Source: a virus. From it: a stretch of DNA of 64,000 nt. The notes under the pieces are model-generated. The model was not told the origin of the DNA. It searched no databases and saw nothing but the letters and a program-made list of their open reading frames with translations. The position numbers and the translations under genes are program-made. Where the stretch lies: IMG/VR virus record IMGVR_UViG_3300002835_000063, positions 44,881 through 108,880 of that record; one strand, written 5' to 3'. Positions 8,919 through 19,187 of the stretch are shown piece by piece (position 1 is the first letter of the stretch; each line of letters begins with the position of its first letter).

Positions 8919-9698
8919 ATGCATTTAGCCCAGAAACTACACGAAGAAGTTTATCTATACGAGGATGTAATTAGTGATCCCAAAAAACTTATTGATTTAA
9001 TTGAAGAATTAGATGAAGACGAAACTGTCCAAAGCGTAATTCCAGAATGGGGCTTTTGGTTTTCAAACAGCCGTGACGGTCACAGTTTCGGCAGTAAAAA
9101 AGATTTTAATCCAGAAGCCTTAGATCAACTAGACTCATCTAGAAAAGAAGATGTTGAGTTTATAGTAAAAGAAATTCAGAGTGGTGTAAAAAATGTTGCA
9201 GAATCCTACTACAAAGATAGAGGACTAGAGGGTCAACCACAAATATCTCCGTTTGTTGGAATTATGAAGTACCGCCCAGGCTGCGAAATGGGCGCACACT
9301 TTGACGCTCAGGCCGGAGATAGAAGTTTAAAGTATTCGATTGTGATGTATTTAAATGACGACTATGAGGGCGGAGAGATCTCCTTTATTATTAGACCATA
9401 TGATTTAAGAAACCCAAAAAATTTCCACCTTCAACCATCAACCGATGCTGACGACCCCAAAAATAAAGATCTCACAGACTTTACGCTAAAACCAAAAGCT
9501 GGATCAGCATTAATTTTTCCCTCTACTCATCCGTATAAGCACCAAGTTCACATAATTAAGGGTGGAGATAAGTATATTTTCCCTGGTTTTGTTTTTCAAG
9601 ATGATTTTGATCCAAATGATCCAGCTTCTAGAGAAAAATACAATGCCGGATCTCTATACGAAAAGCCAACCGAAGACGTTTATTTCGACGAAGACTAA
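8919..9698 (+). CDS. 2OG-Fe(II) oxygenase, prolyl-4-hydroxylase-like (4)
   Basis: AHFD...YLNDDYEGGEISF...FPSTHPYKHQV....GDKY. Confidence 0.9.
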   Translation: MHLAQKLHEEVYLYEDVISDPKKLIDLIEELDEDETVQSVIPEWGFWFSNSRDGHSFGSKKDFNPEALDQLDSSRKEDVEFIVKEIQSGVKNVAESYYKDRGLEGQPQISPFVGIMKYRPGCEMGAHFDAQAGDRSLKYSIVMYLNDDYEGGEISFIIRPYDLRNPKNFHLQPSTDADDPKNKDLTDFTLKPKAGSALIFPSTHPYKHQVHIIKGGDKYIFPGFVFQDDFDPNDPASREKYNAGSLYEKPTEDVYFDED

Positions 9699-9702
9699 TA
9701 AA

Positions 9703-10317
9703 ATGTATGAGGCCATTTCGCCAAAAGTTCTATACTTTAAAAATTTTTATAAAGACACAGAAAAGTTTTTAGAGGCTATAGAAAGCTCCCCACCCTGGGA
9801 ACCATGGAATTCTCGGGGTGGCCAAAATATTTTTACTTACGGAGTATTAAAAACATTTCATACCCAAGAATACAAACAAATAGCAGATATTAATCAAAAA
9901 AATTCTAGTAAATTTATTATTAATGCCATGAAAAAAATAAATTTAGTCTGCGGATCAGAGTATTTAAAACATTTTCAATGCTCGGACAATGAATTAAGTA
10001 GATTAAAAAAGTCCATTTTAACGGATAAAATAATTATTGGCGTAAAAAAATATTTTGAGGGGGGGACCACCCTAGGCCCACACCCAGACGCGGACCTACA
10101 ATCATCAAAAGATGAAATAAGCATAACTTTTTATCCAAACGATAATTATGAGGGCGGAGAATTAAATTTTCCCGATTTGGGGCTAACAATTAAACCAGAG
10201 GCCGGAAGTGTGGTCATATACCCATCAAAATATTTACATGAATCTTTCCCCGTTCCCACGGGAGAAAAGTTGGTGTCTAATCACGTATACATTGGACTGG
10301 AAAAAATATGGAAATAA
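9703..10317 (+). CDS. 2OG-Fe(II) oxygenase, prolyl-4-hydroxylase-like (5)
   Basis: PHPD...YPNDNYEGGELNF...YPSKYLHES....GEK. Start moved to the in-frame ATG at 9703, just after the upstream stop. Confidence 0.85.
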   Translation: MYEAISPKVLYFKNFYKDTEKFLEAIESSPPWEPWNSRGGQNIFTYGVLKTFHTQEYKQIADINQKNSSKFIINAMKKINLVCGSEYLKHFQCSDNELSRLKKSILTDKIIIGVKKYFEGGTTLGPHPDADLQSSKDEISITFYPNDNYEGGELNFPDLGLTIKPEAGSVVIYPSKYLHESFPVPTGEKLVSNHVYIGLEKIWK

Positions 10318-10964
10318 AATATGAAATACCTTACGAGAATATTGTTTATTTTCCAGAAATTGTTCCGGACGTAGATAACATAATTTCTTCAATAGAGTCC
10401 ACAAATAGTCTAGCTATAACTAAATGGGAAATTTGGAATGCTTATGGAGAATCAGACGGGGATCCATATGGCGAAGTAAAATACATGAGCAAACATCTTT
10501 TAGATGCAGAGACTAACCAAAAAACTGTAGAAACCTCAAAATATATAATTTCTACGCTAATAAGTTCAATGTCATTAGCAGCCGAAACTTACGCAAAAAT
10601 ATATAACATTGATTCTAACCTTTTGCAGTATGCAATTGATGCATTAAATATGCCTGGCACAAAATATGGAATAAACAAATATTTTGAGAATCAATACATG
10701 GGACCACACGTTGACTGGAATGAGTACAACTCCGACATTACTTATACCATTGTTGTTTACTTGAACGATGATTACGAAGGCGGGGAGCTATTTTTTGTGG
10801 ATCCGGACATAAACATAAAAATAAAACCTAAAAAGGGAAGCATAGTAATGTTTCCATCTGTCCTGCCATATCTGCATCAATCCTGTGAGATTACTAAGGG
10901 AAGAAAAATGCTGATAACTCATCACTGGAAAAATGATTCACTATCAAGAAACAGGACTTACTAA
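10308..10964 (+). CDS. 2OG-Fe(II) oxygenase, prolyl-4-hydroxylase-like (6)
   Basis: PHVD...YLNDDYEGGELFF...FPS..PYLHQS....GRK. Confidence 0.9.
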   Translation: MEIKYEIPYENIVYFPEIVPDVDNIISSIESTNSLAITKWEIWNAYGESDGDPYGEVKYMSKHLLDAETNQKTVETSKYIISTLISSMSLAAETYAKIYNIDSNLLQYAIDALNMPGTKYGINKYFENQYMGPHVDWNEYNSDITYTIVVYLNDDYEGGELFFVDPDINIKIKPKKGSIVMFPSVLPYLHQSCEITKGRKMLITHHWKNDSLSRNRTY

Positions 10965-11818
10965 TGTCAATTAATGTAAATCTTATTGAAGTTTTTTCTA
11001 AAGAAGATCTCTATTCTAGACTAAACGAAATTTTAGATGTTCAAACTAAAAATTCCATTGTTGGGATTAGAGGAGTTAGGCTTACTGAAGAAGAGCAGCT
11101 ACAGCTAGCCAGAGATCTCGGAGACATAGCTGGCTGGTTCCCAAACAACACCGACAAATTTAATCACAAATATATTGAAAATCACTCTGCCAACCCATCG
11201 GTGGGAGCCTCTTCAAATAACGAATTAATTTTAAGCTGGCACCTAGAGCGCGTCGATTATGACGAATATCTTTTGTTGGTGGCTGGCGTTTGGAACATGA
11301 GACTTTTTAATTGTGATCCAGAATCGGGTAAAACATATTTTATAGATTCCAGAAAAGTGTTCCAAAAAATTTACAATGAAGATGAAAAGAATTTTTTGCG
11401 AGGCTGCAAAGCCTACTGGACAGAACAAACGCCAAGCGGCAATACACGCACTAATTATGTAAAGATTGTTCAGCCCCATTGGAAGACCGAAGAAGAACAA
11501 ATTAGAGTTGAGCTACACCATATGGCTGCAATTAAATTGTACAAAATAAACGATAATGACCCAACTTCAGAAGAAGCGGCCGCCTTTGAGTCATTAATGA
11601 AAAGATTTTCTCAAGAAATAGCAAACAACGAAGATTTAAGAATAATTCACAAATGGAAAGAGGGAGACATCCTCATTCCAGATCTTTTCTCTCTAGCGCA
11701 CGCCGTCACGGGCGGATTTGACCCCAAAGACAGAGAGTTTACCGGATACTGGTGCTATACGGCGTCTCCCTCTAGTGTTGGAGAAGACAATGTCCCGCCA
11801 TCTTGGAGGGGTGAATAA
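10964..11818 (+). CDS. TauD/TfdA-family 2OG-dependent dioxygenase
   Basis: WHLE, G.TYFID, HKWKEGDILIPD...LAHAV.GG....R pattern. Confidence 0.7.
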   Translation: MSINVNLIEVFSKEDLYSRLNEILDVQTKNSIVGIRGVRLTEEEQLQLARDLGDIAGWFPNNTDKFNHKYIENHSANPSVGASSNNELILSWHLERVDYDEYLLLVAGVWNMRLFNCDPESGKTYFIDSRKVFQKIYNEDEKNFLRGCKAYWTEQTPSGNTRTNYVKIVQPHWKTEEEQIRVELHHMAAIKLYKINDNDPTSEEAAAFESLMKRFSQEIANNEDLRIIHKWKEGDILIPDLFSLAHAVTGGFDPKDREFTGYWCYTASPSSVGEDNVPPSWRGE

Positions 11819-11820
11819 GC

Positions 11821-12291
11821 TTGAACGATTTAAATCCAACAAATGAAGTATATGTAAATCAATACAAAGAAGCTGTAAAACAAAATAAAGCAAATTCTTA
11901 TATGCTCACTATTGCCAGAGACGGCGAATCACCAGTCAGGTCAATTTATTTTTATGATAATGCAGTAGACGCCACTATTGGATATGAAGCATACCAAGAC
12001 TGGGGATTTGCTAAAGACTATCTAACGGTGGAGCTATATGAGCCAACTGGAAGGGTTCACAGCAAAGTTTTGCGCAGGCCTCGCGGTGGAGAGTGCACTT
12101 TTGAGCGGGCACAGTACTACCAAATTTCTGACATAATAAACGCCGTTAAGCCAAAAGTAGACGAGGAAGCATTCAACTACCTAGCCTACGAGTTTGCTAA
12201 GCTATTCTCGAAGGACAACCAAAGGTTTAATCCAGAGCGATTTTTAGAGACGCTGGGATATACAGGAGAAATAAATGACAGATCTGTCTAA
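11821..12291 (+). CDS. Hypothetical protein
   Basis: 156-aa ORF filling the gap within the operon; no motif recognised. Confidence 0.7.
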   Translation: MNDLNPTNEVYVNQYKEAVKQNKANSYMLTIARDGESPVRSIYFYDNAVDATIGYEAYQDWGFAKDYLTVELYEPTGRVHSKVLRRPRGGECTFERAQYYQISDIINAVKPKVDEEAFNYLAYEFAKLFSKDNQRFNPERFLETLGYTGEINDRSV

Positions 12292-13009
12292 GATCGAGAC
12301 TACCCCGACAGAGTTTGGCGATAAGGGATTTATCAAAGAAGATATTGTTTTTTACAATAATTTTCTAACCCAAGAAGAGTGTGAGACCCTGGTTAGAGTA
12401 TTCGAGGACGAAGAGCAACCCTGGAGCATGTCAGCTTTTTTTGAGTCGTACGGCATGAGTATTATGCCAGAAGACCCGATTTTAGAGCGATACGGGTTAC
12501 CTAGAGATTACTTTGGGAAACTAGCAGATAGGCTACATAAGGTAGTAGAAGATGCCCACGAGCGTCCAGTAAAATCAGTTTCGTCTCATGCCCAGAAGTG
12601 GCAAATAGGGGCGTTTGCTCCATTTCATTCAGACAACACCGACATGGATGGAAACCCGTCTGCCTGGGAGAAAAGCAAACTTGTCTGCCTCTTGTACATA
12701 AATGACGACTATGAGGGCGGAGAGCTAGACTTTAGGGATCACGATATCTCGATCAAACCGGTGGCGGGCCAGTTAATTACTTTCCCCGGCGGATTTAATA
12801 ACATCCACCAAGTGTTGCCAGTGAGGGGCTCTACGAGACATACCATTGGAGCTTTCTGGGATTATGCCGAATCGGTCTACTCCGAAGAGCGCATGAAGCA
12901 ATGGGAAGATGAAATCCAAAAGGTCCGAGAAGAGCAAAAAGTCATGCAGGACGAGTGGAAAGAAATGGTTGCCAAGGGGGTCCACCCCACGGATCCGGGC
13001 GCTCAATAG
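12275..13009 (+). CDS. 2OG-Fe(II) oxygenase, prolyl-4-hydroxylase-like (7)
   Basis: FHSDN...YINDDYEGGELDF...FPGG..NIHQV.....STRHT; AGGAG RBS. Confidence 0.9.
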   Translation: MTDLSKIETTPTEFGDKGFIKEDIVFYNNFLTQEECETLVRVFEDEEQPWSMSAFFESYGMSIMPEDPILERYGLPRDYFGKLADRLHKVVEDAHERPVKSVSSHAQKWQIGAFAPFHSDNTDMDGNPSAWEKSKLVCLLYINDDYEGGELDFRDHDISIKPVAGQLITFPGGFNNIHQVLPVRGSTRHTIGAFWDYAESVYSEERMKQWEDEIQKVREEQKVMQDEWKEMVAKGVHPTDPGAQ

Positions 13010-13026
13010 TCAATTTAGCCAAACTG

Positions 13027-13036
13027 CGGTAAAATT
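13027..13036 (+). promoter_or_regulatory. GGTAAAAT -10-like motif upstream of the collagen operon
   Basis: cggtaaaatt; the same motif recurs before other structural operons. Confidence 0.55.
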
Positions 13037-13073
13037 GTAAGGACTAGTCTAATCCCCTGTTAGGACTTTCCGC

Positions 13074-13451
13074 ATGAGTCATTTGCGTGGCAATATCCAT
13101 GATCTAATCACAGATCAGGGATCTACTGTACACCAGGTATTTACTATCAAAAACTCGGCTCGTCGGATAATCCCCCTAACCGGGTATTCGGCTCGTATGC
13201 AAGTCAGACGTTGGGACGTGGAAACCAGGGATCCCGTCCTAACAACTATCGCTGAATATACAACTGCAAACGGATATCTAACCGTCAACGGTGCCGCGGG
13301 AACCGTGACTCTTCTTATTCCGCCCGCCGATATGGCAGCATACGAGCCAGGTTCTTATGTTTACGACATCGAGGTCGAGACAGCAAATGCTGGAGATACC
13401 ACTCGGATCATCCAGGGAAAATTTATTGTGAGAGCTGAGGTAACCAAGTAG
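13074..13451 (+). CDS. Small BppU/LtfC-like fibre adaptor protein
   Basis: DQGST..., [18 protein letters not shown]...RIIQGKF.V..EVT pattern common in phage genes that precede fibres. Confidence 0.6.
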   Translation: MSHLRGNIHDLITDQGSTVHQVFTIKNSARRIIPLTGYSARMQVRRWDVETRDPVLTTIAEYTTANGYLTVNGAAGTVTLLIPPADMAAYEPGSYVYDIEVETANAGDTTRIIQGKFIVRAEVTK

Positions 13452-15862
13452 TGGTACTCTCTGACAATTTTGCATATGTAGACGTTAAAGGTCCTGGACC
13501 TCAAGGACCTGCAGGACCAACAGGACCTGCAGGACCAGCAGGTGGACCAACTGGACCCACAGGTGTCACGGGACCGACAGGTGCAACGGGACCATCTGTT
13601 ACAGGTCCAACAGGTCCTACTGGACCTACTGGAAACTTAGGTCCTACGGGCCCAACAGGTCCTCAGGGTATTGCAGGTTTGTCAGTCACCGGTGCAACTG
13701 GTGCAACTGGAGCAACTGGTGCAGCCGGTGCTACAGGACCAACTGGAGCACAGGGTATTGCAGGTTTATCAATTACTGGACCAACTGGTGCTGCAGGCGT
13801 TGCAGGTCCAACAGGACCAACCGGTGCAACTGGTGCAGCAGGTTCTGATGGACTAAGCATTACTGGACCAACTGGACCAACTGGTGCTGCAGGCGTTGCA
13901 GGTCCAACAGGACCTACTGGGTCGCAAGGTATTGCTGGTTTATCAATTACTGGACCTACCGGTGCGCAAGGAAACGTGGGCCCAACTGGTGCAACAGGAC
14001 CTACTGGGTCGCAAGGTATTGCTGGTTTATCAATTACTGGACCTACCGGTGCTCTTGGTCCCACTGGTCCCACTGGCCCTACGGGCCCAACTGGCGCAGA
14101 CAGCATGGTTACAGGTCCGACTGGTCCTACAGGACCCACAGGTCCTACCGGAGCAACTGGAGCAACTGGTGCAGACAGCATGGTTACAGGTCCGACTGGT
14201 CCTACAGGACCCACAGGTCCTACCGGAGCAACTGGAGCAACTGGTGCAGACAGCATGGTTACAGGTCCGACTGGTCCAACCGGTGCAACTGGACCTCAAG
14301 GAATATCACTAGAGCTAATTGGATCAGTAGAGAATATAATTGATCTACCGCCCAGTGCAAATATTAACGAAGCATATATTGTCCAAGCCGATGGAAATCT
14401 TTATGTGTGGGACGGCGCTCAATGGGTAGATGTTGGCCAAATTGTTGGACCCATTGGACCGACTGGCCCAACTGGCCCAACGGGAGCAACTGGACCTCAG
14501 GGCAATCAGGGCATCCAAGGTGTTCAAGGCGACACCGGACCCATTGGACCGACAGGCGCAACTGGCCCAGAAGGAAATTATTATGTTGGAGATAATCCTC
14601 CACTAACTCCTACAGAGGGCGATGGTTGGTTCAACACTTCTACAACAAAATTCTTTATTTACTACGACAATTTTTGGATTGAAGTTGCCACCACCGAGCG
14701 AGGCCCAACTGGAGCGACTGGAGATACAGGGCCAGCTGGACCAACAGGTTCCACCGGAGCGACTGGAGATACGGGACCTCAAGGTATTCAGGGTGTAACT
14801 GGACCTACCGGAGCGACTGGAGATACGGGACCTCAAGGTATTCAGGGTGTAACTGGACCTACCGGAGCGACTGGAGATACGGGAGCTACGGGCCCTACCG
14901 GAGCGACTGGAGATACGGGAGCTACGGGCCCTACCGGAGCTGATGCACTGTGGAATTTCACTGGACCATATCAAATAGGGTCTTCTTATGCAGTGGGCGA
15001 TGTTGCTACCTATGGTGGACAGACTTGGTATCGCATAGACGCAAATGGTGGAAACACCGGAGACACCCCATCAGAGGGAACATTCTGGACATTGATAGCG
15101 CAAGCAGGAGCTATCGGCGACACAGGCCCTACTGGAGCGACTGGAGACACTGGACCTCAAGGTATTCAGGGTGTAACTGGACCTACCGGAGCGACTGGAG
15201 ACACTGGACCCCAAGGGCCAACTGGACCAACGGGTGACACAGGCCCGACGGGCCCGACGGGATTGGGTATTCCACTGGGTGGCGACACCGGTCAAATTTT
15301 GGCAAAAGACTCTCCAGCCGATGGCGACTATGTTTGGGTTGACAACTATGCTGATTGGACTGCTGTTGTTAAGCACGAAGTTAGAGCAGAGCAAGTATTA
15401 ACAAAAGGTCAAGCTGTCTATGTTAGCTCTTCTGATGGCACCAACATGCGAGTCTCTAAATCGTCTAATGCTACAGAATCAGCATCAAGCAAAACCCTGG
15501 GAATTATTGCTCAGAATTTGGCAGTAAACGGTCAAGGCTTCGTAATAACAGAGGGCCTTCTAGCTGGTCTAAACACATCGACCGCTACAACTGGAGATCC
15601 AATTTGGCTTGGAACTGATGGAAACTTAATTTTTGGCTTAGCAAACAAGCCATCAGCTCCAGCTCATTTAGTTTATTTAGGTGTCGTAACTAGAGTAAAT
15701 CTTAACAATGGTGAGATATTTGTTAAGGTTCAAAATGGATTTGAACTGCAAGAACTTCACAATGTAAAAATTAACGGCATCCAAGGCGGCGATATTTTGT
15801 CTTACAATGCAATTAGCCAGCTTTGGGAAAATATTCATGTTGTTGACGGAGGTACGCCATAA
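13451..15862 (+). CDS. Collagen-like (Gly-Pro-Thr/Gly-Ala-Thr) fibre protein with interspersed globular domains
   Basis: Long Gly-X-Y runs, [10 protein letters not shown] and GDGWFN modules, and a [14 protein letters not shown] module resembling small carbohydrate-binding domains. Confidence 0.9.
14096..14277 (+). repeat. Near-exact 75-nt tandem repeat (about 2.4 copies) inside the collagen gene
   Basis: gcagacagcatggttacaggtccgactggtcc starts at 14096, 14171 and 14246. Confidence 0.9.
14753..14940 (+). repeat. 54-nt and 36-nt tandem duplications inside the collagen gene
   Basis: accggagcgactggagatacggga recurs at about 14753, 14807, 14861 and 14897. Confidence 0.8.
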
Positions 15863-16662
15863 TGGCTATTGATTTTCCAAATAGTCCGTCTATAGGACAA
15901 CAAGTTTCTGCAAATGGCACCATCTGGGAGTGGGATGGAATTGCTTGGGTTGTAATTGGGACACCTGTTTCCATTGGCCCAACTGGACCAATCGGGCCAA
16001 CTGGACCGCAAGGCAGCCAAGGAATTACTGGTCCAACAGGAAGCACTGGTCCAACAGGCGCTGACAGCACAGTACCGGGACCAACCGGACCAACTGGACC
16101 CCAAGGAGATACGGGTCCAACAGGCATTCAAGGAAACGTGGGTCCTACCGGACCACAGGGAATTCAAGGCCCAACCGGAGCAGTTGGTTCCCAGGGTGTG
16201 CAGGGTGCAACAGGTCCAACTGGACATCAAGGTGATACAGGACCAACTGGCGCAACAGGAGACACTGGACCTCAAGGAAACATCGGAGACACAGGGCCTG
16301 CAGGACCGACTGGAGCAACTGGAGACACAGGGCCTGCAGGACCGACTGGAGCAACTGGTGCAACTGGTGCAACTGGACCTACAGGAGCAGATGGAACATT
16401 CTTAGTTTCAAGCTCAGTGCCGCCAACCCCCACCGAGGGTCAAATTTGGTTTAATTCAGTTGAAGGTAAATTATTAATTTTCTATGACGGTTTTTGGGTA
16501 GAAACAATTGTCGGTGAGGTTGGAGCGACAGGACCAACCGGTCCAGCGGGGAGCTCTACTTTGTATACTCCAACAACACCATTAGATTGGGTCACCACCC
16601 CAAATACTATCTCTGAAGCATTAGATCAACTTGCTAGTAGAATAAAAGCACTAGAACCGTAG
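15862..16662 (+). CDS. Collagen-like protein 2
   Basis: [19 protein letters not shown]-terminal module, long Gly-X-Y run, GQIWFN module; TAATG coupling. Confidence 0.9.
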   Translation: MAIDFPNSPSIGQQVSANGTIWEWDGIAWVVIGTPVSIGPTGPIGPTGPQGSQGITGPTGSTGPTGADSTVPGPTGPTGPQGDTGPTGIQGNVGPTGPQGIQGPTGAVGSQGVQGATGPTGHQGDTGPTGATGDTGPQGNIGDTGPAGPTGATGDTGPAGPTGATGATGATGPTGADGTFLVSSSVPPTPTEGQIWFNSVEGKLLIFYDGFWVETIVGEVGATGPTGPAGSSTLYTPTTPLDWVTTPNTISEALDQLASRIKALEP

Positions 16663-16673
16663 GATAAACATAA

Positions 16674-17855
16674 ATGGCTATTTTAAATTTTCCCGACAAT
16701 CCGTTGGTAGGGGATACTTTTGAAGCATCCTCTCAGGGGGGTATTTTTGCTAATAGTACTTCAACTTGGACTTGGACTGGAACCTACTGGGAGGCAGAAT
16801 CTACCGAACTAATCGTCGGTCCCACGGGCCCTACAGGGGCTACCGGAGCAACTGGGCCCCAGGGTACAAGTATTAACTTTAAAGGTTCTGTAAATACTTT
16901 TAACGATTTACCACTAAGTAATAACATTGTAAACGATGCCTACATAAATCACGAAGACGGGGATCTCTATGTTTGGGATGGAAGCGTTTGGGACAGTGTC
17001 GGTCAAATCGTTGGCCCCCAGGGAGCCACTGGACCCACTGGAGCGACTGGTCCTCAGGGCATACAAGGAGCTACAGGTGATCAGGGACAGCAGGGACCCA
17101 CTGGACCAACCGGGCCCCAAGGAACTCCAGGACTAGTTGGACCGACTGGTGCAACTGGTGCGCCTGGATTAGATGGTCTTTCCGGTCAATCAGGTTTAGA
17201 TGGTGCTACTGGACCCACTGGTCCCACCGGAGCCACTGGTCCTCAAGGAGATGTTGGACCCACCGGCCCCCAGGGATTGCAGGGACAGACCGGATATACC
17301 GGTCCCACCGGAGCCACTGGCGACACCGGTCCCATCGGCCCAACTGGTGCTGCAGGTACAAACGGATTAAATGGAGATACGGGCCCCACCGGTGCAACAG
17401 GGGCAACCGGCCCAACCGGCCCACAAGGTACAAACATTAATTTTATTGCAACAGTAGCCACAGTAGCAAACTTGCCAGGTTCAGCAAATCAGAATGATGC
17501 ATATATCGTTGAAGCTGATGGTGATTTGTATGTTTGGGACTCCCTAAATACCGAGTGGGATAACGTTGGACAAATTGTTGGTCCTCAGGGTCCTACTGGT
17601 GCCACAGGGCCGACTGGAGCTACGGGCAACACGGGAAGCTATACAGTATCAGCCCCTCTTTCATTAGTCGGTAGCAACATCAGCATTCAGAGTAATCCAA
17701 CGTTTACCGGAAATGTTTCAGCTACTTCATTCACCGGAAACTTAATTGGAACAGCTGACAATTCATTAAAAATTGAAGGCAGAAAAATTTATGTTCAGAG
17801 TTCTGCACCAACTTCCGGCATGTCAAATGGCGACATTTGGATTGACATTCCGTAA
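16674..17855 (+). CDS. Collagen-like protein 3
   Basis: [11 protein letters not shown]-terminal module, Gly-X-Y runs, two DGDLYVWD modules, C-terminal GDIWI. Confidence 0.9.
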   Translation: MAILNFPDNPLVGDTFEASSQGGIFANSTSTWTWTGTYWEAESTELIVGPTGPTGATGATGPQGTSINFKGSVNTFNDLPLSNNIVNDAYINHEDGDLYVWDGSVWDSVGQIVGPQGATGPTGATGPQGIQGATGDQGQQGPTGPTGPQGTPGLVGPTGATGAPGLDGLSGQSGLDGATGPTGPTGATGPQGDVGPTGPQGLQGQTGYTGPTGATGDTGPIGPTGAAGTNGLNGDTGPTGATGATGPTGPQGTNINFIATVATVANLPGSANQNDAYIVEADGDLYVWDSLNTEWDNVGQIVGPQGPTGATGPTGATGNTGSYTVSAPLSLVGSNISIQSNPTFTGNVSATSFTGNLIGTADNSLKIEGRKIYVQSSAPTSGMSNGDIWIDIP

Positions 17856-17873
17856 AAATACCGAGGACTAATA

Positions 17874-18752
17874 ATGGCATCATATGCGGGAGACGGGGCC
17901 TTTAGCCTAAGAAATACTGTACGGTTGTATGTACAGATAGAAACAACTTTGGTGGCTGGGGGAACTGAACTTTATATTACAGCCTACGCTCAAAGAGACC
18001 CCGGTGAAACTAGAACTCCAAATAGTTCTATTGCAACTAAATCCTACAGCGTGCCAGGAGGAAGAAGCGGCGGAGCGACAGGATCTCTTTTAGAGTCTGG
18101 ATCAGCCAACTGGACTTATAACTGGGCAACGGGAGATCCACAAATTGTTTGGAGCGGATTTTTTAGGTATATACAATTTGGACCAGGATCTGTTACCGTA
18201 AATATAGGTGCCCAGGGGGGAGGAGTAATTGGCACTGCTTCAGTTAACGTAAATGTACCCTTATTTTCTGCACCGCCATTCTTCCCACCGTTCTTCCCAC
18301 CTTTCTTCCCGCCATTCTTCCCACCGTTCTTCCCACCGTCGCCGTACTGGGTAACAAATACTTTAACTTCTAGTACAGCTATAGAGGGTCAGGCATACTC
18401 CAGCACCTTCTCGGCCGTTCACGTAAATAGTTATGCGCTATTTAGTGGAAGTTTGCCATCAGGAATTTCAATCAACTCGAGCACCGGAGTTTTATCTGGA
18501 ACACCGGCCCAAGGATCAGCTGGAACTTATAATTTTGTAATTAGTGCGTCTGGGGACGGCGGAACTATTTACACTGGAACACTTACTTTAACTGTGGCCG
18601 ATGATGGCGGAAAAGTAAGAGTTTATAATTCAAGCACAGGACAGTGGGAGGAAGCAACGGTTTATGTATATAACTCGGCTACTTCTCAGTGGGTTCAGTC
18701 AGATTTGTATGTTTACAATAGCAGCACTGGAACTTGGGTAAAAAGCGTTTAG
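17874..18752 (+). CDS. Virion protein with short (PPFF)5 tract and putative Ig (He_PIG-like) domain
   Basis: APPFFPPFFPPFFPPFFPPFFPPS followed by GSLPSGISINSSTGVLSGTP..GTYNFVISA; C-terminal VYNSSTG.W repeats; GAGG RBS. Confidence 0.8.
   Translation: MASYAGDGAFSLRNTVRLYVQIETTLVAGGTELYITAYAQRDPGETRTPNSSIATKSYSVPGGRSGGATGSLLESGSANWTYNWATGDPQIVWSGFFRYIQFGPGSVTVNIGAQGGGVIGTASVNVNVPLFSAPPFFPPFFPPFFPPFFPPFFPPSPYWVTNTLTSSTAIEGQAYSSTFSAVHVNSYALFSGSLPSGISINSSTGVLSGTPAQGSAGTYNFVISASGDGGTIYTGTLTLTVADDGGKVRVYNSSTGQWEEATVYVYNSATSQWVQSDLYVYNSSTGTWVKSV
18273..18338 (+). repeat. Second PPFF coding repeat (5 units plus PP)
   Basis: ccg cca ttc ttc cca ccg ttc ttc cca cct ttc ttc ccg cca ttc ttc cca ccg ttc ttc cca ccg. 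Confidence 0.95.
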
Positions 18753-19132
18753 CTAGCTGCTCGTTTTTTTCGAAGAGGCTTTTTAATTGGTTCGATAACT
18801 GGATCTTGAATTGGTTTATAGACAACGCTTGCCGGGGCGCCCTGAGCACTGTGTAGGCCCATTGTAAGATCTTTAATTAGTTCAATTTCAGTAGAAACTT
18901 TTACAACGTGCTTTTCAATGTTGTTTACTCGATCGGCTAGCGAGCTCCCACCGTTTTCCCATAGCTGATGCTCGACACGATCTAATCTATCTGATATAGT
19001 TCTGCCCTGAGCATCAGCCCCCAAAACATCGCCAATTTTTTTGGCGGTTCTATATATCCCTATAACTGCTGCAACTAAGACAGCAAACGCACTTATTGCA
19101 GCCGACACGGCCATTATTAGTTCAGCAGTCAT
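18749..19132 (-). CDS. Membrane protein with one N-terminal TM helix and coiled coil (possible holin/lysis accessory)
   Basis: Hydrophobic N-terminus, NGGSSLADRV motif, basic tail; function not established. Confidence 0.55.
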   Translation of the reverse strand: MTAELIMAVSAAISAFAVLVAAVIGIYRTAKKIGDVLGADAQGRTISDRLDRVEHQLWENGGSSLADRVNNIEKHVVKVSTEIELIKDLTMGLHSAQGAPASVVYKPIQDPVIEPIKKPLRKKRAAS

Positions 19133-19177
19133 GTATACTATTTCCTACACAGATCGAGCAATTAGATTTGCTCCGTC

Positions 19178-19187
19178 TATTTTACCC
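19178..19187 (-). promoter_or_regulatory. GGTAAAAT -10-like motif upstream of the membrane protein gene
   Basis: Minus strand gggtaaaata. Confidence 0.5.

Noticed and set aside
9562-9702. ORF-track N-terminal extension of oxygenase 5
   Set aside because: Overlaps oxygenase 4 by over 130 nt; the in-frame ATG at 9703 directly after the upstream stop is more plausible.
13663-17461. Many alternative-frame and antisense ORFs over the collagen genes (PVGPVAP, QLVQ types)
   Set aside because: Expected shadows of Gly-X-Y codon periodicity.
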